A stretch of DNA of 53,574 nt, filler included, from Stramenopiles sp. TOSAG23-2 (Eukaryota): the NCBI GenBank assembly GCA_900128395.1. It is 4 parts of 4 records of this genome, joined end to end, with 100 filler letters (N's around TTAATTAATTAA, not from the genome) between each part and the next. Parts side by side here need not be neighbours in the genome. Positions count along the whole stretch, not along the records: positions 1 to 13,365 come from LT649806.1; 3 more parts are not named here. One strand, given 5' to 3'. Position numbers and translations under genes: made by a program. Of this stretch, positions 1 through 12,397 are shown piece by piece (the first letter of the stretch is position 1; each line of letters begins with the position of its first letter). The notes below the pieces were generated by a model, which saw only the letters and a list, made by a program, of their open reading frames with translations, ran no database searches and was not told the origin of the DNA.

Positions 1-274
1 TATAATAATAATAATAGTGTAATAGTGACTAATAATAATAATAAAAATACAAAATAATACTATGATATATTTATCGTTTATTACCACACTGAGTAGCTAT
101 TAATCTTTCTTACTAGAGTGAGAACCCTCGTGGATATATTCAACGCAACAAAGCACCATCGGGCATTTCAAATTCTCTATATACATGTTCCAACATTTGA
201 ATATAAAATTTCTGTTGTTAATCCAGTATTATAAACTGAAGCTATCTTTTTTTGTCTGAGTGTACACTGTTACT

Positions 275-3200
275 ATGATACTCTTTACAATGTTTCTAGT
301 CATATTTTTAAAAGGGATTTTTGTGACAGTTGCTTACCATAAGAATGAATGTTATGAGTTCGTTGGGTGCCCCGATAAACTGGAAGCAGTTCGCGGTGGA
401 ATGCAATTTTTAGATTGGAAAGGTAACTCTGTCTCTCAATTGCATATAAGCCAACCTGAATTTAACGAAAATGATAGCAAGTGGAAAATAGAGTTAAATA
501 CTGAAAATTTCCCTATGGAATTTCTAGTTGTAAAAAGTGATATTAAAGAATCGCTTGCTATGAAAATACAAAAAGATCGTCCTGCACATAAACCTGTAAA
601 CCCAATGTTAACACAAACAGCCGATATCACTCTCCCCGCTGCATATGTAGGCAAGTTTGCACAATCTTCAGACGCAACTGAAATATCATTTTTAAGATCG
701 AGAGGTACACGAAATTATCCAACCAATACAGAACAAAATGATGTATTAGGTTATATAACATTTAAATCATTCGCATCGAATAATTGGTATGCTGCTTCCC
801 AAATGTATGGAACGTTAGAGCAAGATTTGCCTGATATTGGAAAATCTGGTGGAAAACTAACATTTGCAACGACAGAATTAAATACTGCATATACGCATGA
901 ATTAATTGATAGAATGACAATAGATAGCAAAGGTCGTATGTTTCATCGATCTACGGCGGAAACAGGTATTGTTCATAATATTTTTGCTAATAATGTAAAC
1001 ACTGGTGTACCATTTAAAATACAAATGTCAAATTTAAGTTCTGGTATTGGTGTACATATAACAACTGAAATCGTAAAAGAAGATCCAGATAATGTGACTA
1101 CTTTTTTAGACGGGGGAACATTAAATGTCAGTACACATATCGTAGCAAAATATAAATCAGGAGATTTAATTGAAATAAACAATTGTACAAATATAGAAAA
1201 TAATGGAAAATATATTATTCGTTCTAGCCTTGGATCGACAATTCATTTGCAATCATTAGACGGGATTCCACCAACGAATTTATATGGCCCTGATACGACA
1301 TGCAATATACGGAAACCTGAAAGTATTCCAAAAATGGTTACACGTATAAGAAAGAAACAAATACAATCATTATCATCAAATGGAACTGTTGTAGTTTTTT
1401 TGGATAGTGACATTGATGATTATAATATCGGTGATTTAGTCCATTTTAATAATTGTCGTTTTTCAGAAAATAATGGTAAATATATTATTGAATATAAATT
1501 TACTGCTGTAAAGGTATTACGTTTAATTACAAGCGATGGGCAAGCAATAACAAATTTAATTGATGAACCATCGTCTACATGTCAAATAAGCCGACCACCG
1601 GGTACGGTAGTTAATATAGATGCACGTTCGCAAAGGCACGGGACATTGGTAGATATAAATGCAAATAATATGTTAGATGGTGAAATTGTATATATAAAAT
1701 CAAATAATTTACAAAATGAAGGAAAAGCAATTCATATTGAGTCTACCTCGCCTTTGTCCAATCATATCGTAAAATTAGATGCATATGAAAGTACATTTGG
1801 AAATGTTGTAGCTGTAAATGGAAGAGATATGAAAAACGGAAGTCTTGTGCATATAACATCAAATTTAGGTAATGCTTTAACAGGCTCTCCAACATCGTTT
1901 AGAATAGTTAATATTAATAACAGTGATACATCTACTACTGTTGTTGAACTGGAAAATTATAACAACAATTTTGAAACCGGCGATAAAGTACGAATAGTAG
2001 GAATAGGTGGCGATGACGACAGTACTAGTATGCACGAATTAAACAATAAAATATACACAATTTCACGAAATACTAATTCTACAAAGATTGAATTGGATGG
2101 CATAGATTCTTCTGGCTATACTGCCTACGATAATTCTATATCGTCTCGTGGTATTGTCACTCGTGTAGGTGGAAAACTATTGCACGTTCAAGGCGATTTT
2201 GAAACAGATGGGACGTTAGTAGATATCAGCGGTGTTGATTTAGTTGATGGAACAGCTTTAAAGATTACTGGTGGTGCACACATGGAGGAAGGTAATTTAA
2301 TAAGCTTACAAACATCTTCTAAAGATTTAGTAAATGGTGCATTGAGTTTAGTAGCAAATTCAGTGGAAACGGGAAGAATTATCAAACTTCATGGTAACAG
2401 TTTAACGACAGGAAAAATTATAGACATAGTTTCGACAACATCTGGCATGACATCTGATGGCAAAATAATCAATATCGATGTTACCGCAGCAACATCAGGT
2501 ACAATTATCGATATGAAAGCACCTGCATTGACATTAGGTACAATGATGGATATATCTGCCAAAGCATTAACGGAAGGTAAAGTAATCGATATAACTGATA
2601 ATGAAGATCTTACTACAGGACATTTACTTCATATAAAAACAATATCAGCTACAGCAGAAAAACCAATATTTATCGAATACGATAGTATGAATGTAGGAAC
2701 AGGTATAAAAATGGATGTACCAGCATTGAGCACTGGACATGGTATGGTAATTGATAGTCTTAATGGAAATGATTTATTAAATGATGGTTCAGGAGTATAC
2801 GGCACCGGTGGATCATTATTGACGCTAAACGGTACATCACAAACTGCAGGTACATTATTAGATATTGATGCCACTGCTTTAACAACCGGACGAGCTATAC
2901 GAGTCAAATCTGGGAATGTATCAAGTGGGGCGTTGCTGGATTTATTCACAAATAGTACTGCAGCTGGAAATACTAATGGACTTGTACGATTAACGGCAAA
3001 TAGTATTACCACTGGGGTCGGTATGAAAATTAGCGCTGCAGCACTAACTACTGGGAAAGCATTGCATATTACTTCTGGTAGTGGCACAGCATTGGCTGCA
3101 GGAGGGAGTTTGCTGCGGGTACAAGGTGATTCCGTGACAGCTGGTAATATTGTAGATATTAGTGCCACAGCAATGGAAACCGGGACGTTATTAAAACTTA

Positions 3201-6200
3201 CAAGCGGGAGCGAATTGACTAGTGGGAGATTGCTGCATTTACAAACAAGTTCAACGTTTAGTTCTTCCGATACTCTAGAAGGTGCAATATTTGATGTAAC
3301 AGCAAATGCTGTACAAACTGATCGCGTAGTGAGAATTAGCAGCAACAGCGTTAAAAGTGGAGCCGCACTTGAAATTGTTGCAACTGGCAACGATGCTACA
3401 ATGACTGGAGACGGACGTGTGATTGATATCCAAGCTGCAGAACAAACAACAGGGAAACTTTTAAAAATTGATGGATCAGCGCTGACAGACGGAATTGGAT
3501 TGTATATAAAAGGAGGGAATTTAACTACTGGATCCTTATTGCATTTACATAGTACATCTGCTGCATCACAAAATGGCATAATGCGTATTGATGCTACACT
3601 CATGACAACTAAAAAAGTTGTAACCGTAAATGCACCGGATGTAACATCCGGTACTGTAATAGATATTACAGCAGCAGAGAATAGCAATGGTAATATTTTC
3701 AGTGGCAAGCTCATAAACATAGTAGCAGGCGCTCAAGCAAATGCTGGGGGTACTATTGTAGATATTTCAGCAAATAGTCTAACAACTGGTATAATTTTAG
3801 ATATTACAAAGCATAAACTACAAGGTGCTGGGAGAGCAATTAAATTATCTGGAGGCTCTGGTGCAGAATTTCAAGCTGATGGTTTAGCTGAAAGCGGCAA
3901 AGCGCTTTACATACATTCAAATTCAGATAACTCGGATTACAAAAGTGTTGTTGAAATCGATAATAAAAATTCCGCATCTACAAAAACCCAGACTTTACAT
4001 CTCACTCACAGTGCAACTAGTGACTCGAATACCACCCTTGGACAGAAACCAGCAACAGCTTTAGCGATTGATTCATTACTCCCAGAAGCTGTATTTATAC
4101 GCGTTAGTAGTGATACCAATGCTGAAAATGGGGCGCAAATAACATTATCAAGAGATAGACAGGGAAGCGATTTGGCGCAGCCCGCAACAACAGTTGCAAA
4201 TGGCGATGTAATAGGACGTATCCATTTCGACGCATTTACGTCTGCTGTTAGACAAACTGTTGGAGCAATTGAATCTCGTGTTGATGATAGCTCATTAAGT
4301 AGCACTTCACTAGGTAGTAAATTGATTTTTAAAACTTCCCAAGTGAGTACAAACGCGACTCTAAAAACACGACTGGTCCTACCCAATGATCATAAGATGA
4401 TTCTGGGAGAGGGAGATGATGAATTTCACATTAAGAAAGCCATTAGAGCAACGGATGGGCATGGTACAGATTTAATTATTACAGGCCAAGCTGCTAGGGG
4501 TACAAATAATAATAATAATAATGGTGGCGATGTTATTGTTAGGGTAGGTTCACATACTGGTTCTGGTTTAAAAGGTGAAATGAAAGTTCAAAACGATGAT
4601 GGCACTGTTGATATATTAACAATAGATGAAGCCAAAACAACGTTAAAAACACCAACTATCGACGTTTCTGATGGTACAAAAACTATAACAATTGTCGACT
4701 CACAGGCAAGCTCGCTTCAAATAGGAACATCTAGTAATCCCGATATATTAAAAATCGATACATCTGATACCGTTGAAAAAGTTATTATAGATGGAAATTT
4801 TGATATAACCGAAAATTTGCTTGTTACAAAAGAATCTATTTTTACTAAGCAAGTAGTTATTTTAACAAAGAAAGTTCTTTCTAAAAACGATGTAGATGTA
4901 GAATTGTGTTACAAAACAGGAAATGGAAATGATGCATTTACCGATACTATTAAACTTGGTGGAACGGGTTCCACTGTATATATTTATCAAACCGATATAG
5001 GTGGGGGCTTCAGTTCTACCGGTGCAACAATAGAAGATGACGGTGATATGAAGACAAATGGTATCTTGACAGCAGACAGTGCAGTAAAATTAAATTATAA
5101 TGACAATACCAAAAGTGTTTCCTTGACCAAATCAAATGGAAAAATTTTCTATGGTGGGGCGCCTCCGATGAACATGCATATTGCTACAAACATGCCTAGT
5201 GTCGATTTAGATGGTAATGGGTTTTGCAACAATTGTAAAGTTATAAAGATTGGCACAAACACGGGTAATTCTGGTGCCAATATAATGATACTAGGGGGAT
5301 TGCATGTAGTGCAAGTGCATGGTGTGACGACAATTAACAGTATAGACACCAATGGTGTTTACACCGTTGCGAATGGCACGGTTTTTGCAAAGAATGAAAC
5401 GGTAACGGTATCAGGTTGCGATGCGGATGGAAACAATGGGGAGTTTCTAGTTTCTAGCATATATGGTGATAATATCACTTTGCATGACGTAAATGATAAC
5501 GCCATCACGACAATTGCTACTACTACTAATTGCAAAATCTCCACTATTACCGTTGTTTCTACAAACGGGAGTACATTTGAAGGCATGATGGGAATGAAAA
5601 TTGAAACATCTACTATTAATTGTTTAACAACAGCTTGTTCTGTACCAGATAACGGCGACATCGAATTTGGACTGGGAAAACATATTAATGGCAACATATT
5701 AAACTTGGACAATCAAAATGAATCAGATGATCATAGCATTTTCACTGGGGTTGTTGGAAATTTCGATGTCAACATCGGTACAGAAACTTGTACAATAAAT
5801 GTAACAGGTGACTTACAAATTGGCGGTGGATATGGTAGTGAATTAGGGTCTACTTTTGCAACAAATGGGGACGGATCATTGGATGGAAAACTTACTGTTG
5901 ATGGAACTTCTACCCTAACAGGCAGTGTCACATTTGGTGGAAATATAATAAGTGATCAACCAAATGAAGCTAAAACTATATTTAATACGATTACGTCTCA
6001 GACAATTTCTGTTGGTGCCGTTACCGGTAGCACCACATATATCATTTTAAATGCTATTAAGATTGGTGGGGAAGGTGCCGGTTATACTGGAAACACTGGA
6101 GCAACAATAGAAAAATCTGGTAATTTTTTCACAGATGGAAACATCATAGTCAAAAGTAATGTGGATCTAGACGGAAGTGCAAATTTTGATGTTGGTGGTA

Positions 6201-9200
6201 ATATTCTTCGTAATACACAAAGTGATTCAGAAATATTTACAGCCGTGACAAATGTCAATCATGATATCACTATTTTGCCAACTAACAGCACGAAACAAGT
6301 TAGTATGCCATTTAAGTTGCAAACTATCACCCAAACAGGAGGAGGTACAGCACATGTAGAATTTACATCATCTGGAGTACAAACAGAAAAAAAGCTTCAT
6401 GTAGATGTTCCTTTGTTTTATAATACAACTTTTGACGGAACGGATAATTCAAGTCACCCATCAGCGAACGCGTTAGATGGCAATTATGCCAATAAATGGA
6501 AAATAACCAGTTGCAATAGTTGCGGTCTTATCATGACAGGTCTAACAACTGATAGTGTTGTTACTAGTGTACGAGTAAAATGTGTTACTGTCTCTGACAA
6601 CAAGTGGCCTACATCCCTTGCAATTTATGGATCAGGTGATACAATCGTACCAAATGACGGTGGAACATGGACACAAATTGGGGGAGGGGACATTGCCATA
6701 CCTGATTTTACAAGTAACGATCAAGTCCAAACGGTAATATTTAGTAATTCTAATGTGTACAAGCATTATAAAATTGTATTTAAAACTATAAAATTAGGAA
6801 CTACAATGGAAATACGTGAAATTGCCTTACTTACGAATGTTGGAGACTTTAATGAAGATGTTATATTAAATGGTAATATAAGAGCAAGTACGTTAAAGAC
6901 CATCAACGGAAATGCAGTAAATACGAAAACTTTTGATCGCCATTTGAATTTTGCTAATACCCAAATAAAGATAAGCGGCACTGGTGGTGTAAAAGTCGAT
7001 AACTTGCATGTACATGCAAATGGAGACGAAAGCAACCCAACAAAGATTGAATCCGATGGAACATTTACTCTTGCTACAGATGGTAGCTTTCAAGTTGGCA
7101 CTTCGCCTCCAACTGCAGGGACCTCTGGTGATTTGGCATATGATAATGGAAAGCACATATCTGGTAATCCTCCTGGTACAAATGTAATTGCAACATTGCA
7201 AACGACTGGTGCTTCGGGCAGAGATCGTCAAATCTTCGTTACTACTACGAGCCAAGCGATTGATATTGGTGCAATTTCGAGTGGGTCTAACACGGTTAAA
7301 ACCCAAGCCTTTTCAGTTCAAAATGGTGCAACTACCATCTTAAACAACGGTGTTGTTACGTCAGGTGGAACATTGACGGTAAATAATGATGTTACGATTG
7401 GCACGCAAGGCGCCCCAAAATCAATTACAATAAATAACGGACATATTAAAGCATTAAGTAATTCTCAAATTACAGGTGGGCTGTTTACCAACTCTGGGAC
7501 AAATAACATTGCGATCGGTAACATCGATGGCAAAGTTAAGTTTCAGCATGATTTTAAAGTTGGAGATACCAATAATGATGGTACGACCGACGCCTTTACT
7601 GCTGTATTTAATACTGAATATACTTTGACTGCGACTGGCGATTGTACAATAAAAGGTTCAAATAGTGGTGGCGCAACAATTATTGCAAAATCTAGTACTG
7701 TTGGTACTGCTAAAGAAATATTTCGAAATGTTGCCAATACAAATATTGAGATCGGGAAAAGTGGCAGTGCAAATAGTATAGTAGAAATGGGGAATATAAA
7801 TTTGGTATCTGCGATGGAGGTTAAAGCTGGTACTATTGTTTTTAAAAAACATTTTGATTTCACATTGGCTGCAGGATCCGATGGACAAATTAAGTACTTT
7901 GTATATACAACCGGTGTTGTAACCATTACTGATATAACAACTAATGGTGTTTATACTGTGATAAATGGTACAGGTGATGTTGATAAATTCGCGGTAGGTG
8001 ATATGGTAACAGTTGCAGGTTGTACTGCTGCTGGAAATAATGGAGATTTCAAAATAAATACTAAAGGTACGGATACACTTGAATTAGTAACATCATTAGA
8101 TGCTGCAATCACAACAACAGCAGTTACTAGTGGAACTGGGGGATGTACAATATCAAAACGATATATAGATATCACCAACAACGATGGATCTACATGGTTG
8201 GCACGTTTGTCACATGAGTTTAAAATTTGCAAATTAATGTATGTTACAGATAAATGGGTTAAAATTAAACCAAGGCAAGTGTTGTATTTTTTACAAATTG
8301 AGCATCAAAATATTGATTACAATGTAGTAAAAAGTGGAACTTCGACTAATTTTGGTGACAACACGTTAGTTCCACCATTATCCGATTATACATTTGATGT
8401 ATTGCTTCCAGCATCCTCGAAAACAGATACTAGATATACAGGAGGTACTGATGTATTTATTTTTAATATTAAATTTAAATCAAAAGTTAAAAATGACTTT
8501 TTATATGCAAAAGTTACTTCACCATCTGGTGGAAAATTTACTGATAAACAAGTTGTCTCTGACAGCGATACTACAACAACATTATCTTCAGACGAAGGAA
8601 ATAATAGACTAGTTATAAAACCAGGTGATTATGCGGATAACATTGTGCAAATATTTCATAGTATTGATGGTACATTTAGTATTCGTATAAGAAAACCATG
8701 TGCAAAGGGATATTATTTTGATAGTAACGAATGCATCATTTGTGCCGCAGGCCAATATAGCACAACAGAACCTTTTCAAACTAGTACTTGTATAAATTGC
8801 CCAGCGGGTACATTCAACAATTACGGTTCGTACGCACCTTATCATGATAGCACATCTGATTGTACAACGTGTTATAGTGGAAAATACCAACCTTATACCG
8901 GACGGACTAGTTGCTATAATTGTCCTGCTGGTAGTTATCGAACAACTGATTCAACAAATGATTTAAAACCTTGGAATGGTAATAATAGATTTTATATGGA
9001 TTCAATCTCCGATTGTACGATATGTGGAGCAGGCAAATATAGTGAAGCTAATGGACAAACATCCGAAAGCACGTGTACCGATTGCCCAGTGGGAACATTC
9101 AACAATCAACCAAGCAATTATTGGTATCATTATACTGGACATGATAGCACATCTGATTGCACAACGTGTAATAGTGGAGAATACCAAGACGGAACCGGAC

Positions 9201-10574
9201 AAACTAGTTGCAAAGATTGTCCTGCTGGTAGATATCGAACAACTGATTCAACAAATGATAATAAAAATTGGAATGGTAATGCCAATGGAAATAATGATGG
9301 TATGAAAGCAGAAGCCGATTGTACGATATGTGGTGCAGGCAAATATAGTGAAGCTACGAAAGCAAATGCCGAAAGCACGTGTATCAATTGCCCAGCTGGT
9401 CGATACGGTGTAAATAATGCGAATACTGTTGGTGAACATGATCAATTATCTGATTGTGCGATATGTGGCGCAGGTAAATATAGTGAAGCTGTAGGAGCAC
9501 AAACATCAGCTACTTGTAGTGATTGCCCAGCTGGTACAATTGGTGTAAATAATAATAATGTTGTAGGTGATCATGATCAAGAAGCTGATTGCACAACGTG
9601 TAATAGTGGAGAATACCAAGACGGAACCGGACAAACTAGTTGCAAAGATTGTCCTGCTGGTAGATATCGAACAACTGATTCAACAAATGATAATAAAGAT
9701 TGGAATGGTAATGCCAATGGAAATAATGATGGTATGAATGCACTCGACGATTGTACGATATGTGCAGCTGGTAGTATCACAGATACTGGAACAGCTGATG
9801 GTGCTACAACCTGTACGCCGTGTGTTGCCGGTAAATTTTCCGCTAGTTCTAATGTGGCATCTTGCTCTGATTGTGCAGCTGGTAGTATCACAAATACTGG
9901 AACAGCTAATGGTGCTACAACCTGTACGCCGTGTGTTGCCGGTAAATTTTCCACTAGTTCTAATGTGGCACAATGCGATAATTGTGTTGCTGGTACATAT
10001 AACGATTTGAATACTGGAATAGCTACATTTTTATAACGATTTGAATACTGGAATAGCTACATGTAAAACATGCACAGCTACCGAGAGCAATAAATATGTA
10101 TCTACTGCTTGTACAACTACAGTCAACACAGTGTTCACATCATGTGGTACCTGTAATGCTGGTCAATATATATCAACGGCATGTGCGGTTGGTGATGCAA
10201 CCACGGTAGGTTCCGTTGCAATCTGCACGGCGTGTGTCGCCGGTAAATTTTCCGCTAGTTCTAATGTGAACTCTTGCTCTGATTGTAATGCTGGTAGTAT
10301 CACAAATACGGGAACAGCTAATGGTGCAACAAGCTGCACGGCGTGTGTTGCCGGTAAATTTTCCACTAGTTCTAATGTGGCATCTTGCGATAATTGTGTT
10401 GCTGGTACATATAACGATTTGAATACTGGAATAGCTACATGTAAAATATGTGGCGCAAATGAATGGCAAAATGGAGTCGGTGAAACTTCTTGCAAAAGTT
10501 GTCCAGGTGCAAAAGTTACAAACGGTAACGCTGCTGCAGACCATGATGAGAATAGTGATTGCACCAATCAATAG
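275..10574 (+). CDS. Giant (~3,420 aa) secreted adhesin/fibre-like protein: signal peptide, phage tail-fibre-like motifs, five E1-FCCH-like beta modules, beta-solenoid repeats, discoidin (F5/8C)-like domain, C-terminal Cys-rich ephrin-receptor/TNFR-like repeats
   Basis: ORF 260..10036 has its first ATG at 275 (MILFTMFLVIFLKGIFVTVA). It continues in ORF 10041..10574 across a 34-bp insertion that duplicates tataacgatttgaatactggaatagctacat (9998-10028 and 10032-10062). Motifs: FLRSRGT..PT...NDVLGYITF (~685-770); GD.V.I..C...NNG.(Y/F) at ~1150, 1420, 1970, 5380, 7990; G..L.I....LTTG repeats ~2170-3900; SANALDGNYANKW ~6460; C..C.AG.Y/F repeats 8700-10570. No introns needed. Confidence 0.85.
8700..10560 (+). 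repeat. Intragenic Cys-rich module repeats, some nearly identical at DNA level
   Basis: 9153-9306 matches 9585-9738 with one mismatch seen. 111-bp units start at ~9761 and ~9872 and recur at ~10225-10440. Confidence 0.9.
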
Positions 10575-10941
10575 CAAGTTTGATCATTTTTGTTTGGTGT
10601 TCCAAAATGCATTATCATAAATGATGCTGGTCCCTTGTGCTTATTTATAGCTGTTGTGCAATTGGATCCAACACGCATTGCGGTAGCAGAGATGGCTACA
10701 ATGTTGGCAGTGGCATCCATATATAAATATTGTAAAGAGTAGCCCGATGCTGGACCATAAGGTATTTACGTGGCGCGTGACAGCAACCATGTGCATATTC
10801 ATAAATGGCCCGACGTAGGTCCTCTTTATAAATATTACATACAAAATACTTGCACCATACATACATAAATAAAATATAAAACCCGTAAAAAAACATCAAA
10901 CAAATACAAACCACCCATGATATAAACACGGACGATCATAT

Positions 10942-11660
10942 ATCGATGAGTTTTTACTTACAAAATCCAAACTGACCCAAATACACTACACAAGCGATTT
11001 AAAGTATTTCAGAAAATGGTTGAAGGAAAATAATATCCCAGAGGCTGTTACACGCATTCGATTCCTCGACGTTTAGCGATACTTAAAAACGGTAGTGGTA
11101 TCTCCATCCCGGAGAAGAAAGATCATTACATTAAAATCTTTCTTTCACTATCTACACTTGAACGACTATATCACTAAAGATATATATTAAAGTGTTTAAA
11201 AGTGCCACCAGCAACTAAATGCAGAGTAGGGAGAAAAATGACAGAGGAAGAGGTATAATGGTATACTTAAAAAAGCCAGAGGGAAGGTAAAACTGGTGCC
11301 TTTTCTTTCTCGGTCTTCGTGTATCTGAAGCATTGTCCTTGAAGAAAAAGGATGTGATCTACGGACCACGGTTGTCCTTTTCGGTGATGGGAAAAGGTCA
11401 GAAGCGGAGAGAGGTATTGACTGGGAGAATGGTATCGAAAAAGATTTGGCATCAAATATTCAAGATGGTGGGCACAGAGACATTTAAAGCGTCACCACAT
11501 TGGTTGAGACATGCATTTTGCAGTCTTAGTATCCAAAAAGGGTGCGATGTAGGGACTGTGAGCATCGCCATTGGGGCATACCACTTTGGCCACTACACGC
11601 AGATACGGCCATTCCGCCAAACCACCCGGCGAGTATTTGGAGGAAGCAGCATTTCTTTGA
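10942..11660 (+). pseudogene. Degraded XerC/XerD-like tyrosine recombinase (phage integrase family)
   Basis: Manual translation across frames gives an N-terminal core-binding segment (YTSDLKYFRKWL...DV*RYL...RRKIITLKSFFHYL, TAG at 11074), box I GLRVSEALSL (11312), GKGQKRREV, HWLRH (11498) and, after a frameshift at ~11570, LGHTTLATTRRYGH (Tyr at 11604), with stop at 11658-11660. Further frameshifts lie near 11185, 11258 and 11300. Confidence 0.9.
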
Positions 11661-11728
11661 GTCAGGAAAGTACTGATTACTAAAAAATATATTTTTATTT
11701 TTTAAAAATATTTTACGTGCGTATTAAA

Positions 11729-12081
11729 ATGTACGCTATTTTAACTTTTTTACTAATGCCATACTCTCAAAAGACAAATACAGGTTGACTGAGCCAAATG
11801 ACGAGAAAATTATCATATCACACTGGACGTAGAATGTCCAAAATCAGGACAGAACCTTATTTTCTACATCCATATACCAGATATCATATCATATCATAGT
11901 GTTTTGAGCCAATATTTAATATCATATCATATGATACGTATCGCACAATATGTGTCAATAACTCCAATATGATAGGAATTACGATGTTTATCAACCTTCT
12001 GTTGATGAAAAATGGGCATTATATACGAAGGTGGAGAGAATAAATTGTATACCAGGGTACGCATACGAGTACGTTAATTAA
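11729..12081 (+). pseudogene. Small decayed ORF of unknown function
   Basis: MYAILTFLLMPYSQKTNTG*LSQMTRKLSYHTGRRMSKIRTEPYFLHPY..., with in-frame TGA at 11786. It resumes in another frame as DRNYDVYQPSVDEKWALYTKVERINCIPGYAYEYVN*, interrupted by (atatc)n expansions. Confidence 0.4.
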
Positions 12082-12397
12082 ATTTAGAGACACACCGTAA
12101 ATATTGTAAATTTACGCGCGCGTAAATATTTTAAATTTTATAAATTTTTAATTTTTAATTTTTCTACTCGGTGATAATTCTAAATAACCGCCACCACGTC
12201 CACCTGGATGATTGACAAATCCAAGCTCATTGTGTCGCCATCCACCGCAATCACTAGCTATTTTTAATTACAACCGGCGGGGCCTTAGTATAATGCCCAT
12301 ATTCCAATCAACATCCGCTGCATTCCATCCAATATCATCCCCCTCCTCCTCATCATACATATATAATATATCTCTACCTCTACTATACGACATTTTC

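Noticed and set aside
436-10577. Numerous antisense ORFs within the giant gene (likewise 20336..21034 and 28731..29888)
   Set aside because: They are shadows of codon bias and low complexity on the coding strand, with no independent motifs.
10575-10930. Minus-strand ORFs as a desaturase/hydroxylase
   Set aside because: His residues are scattered across frames without proper His-box spacing; at most an unidentifiable relic.
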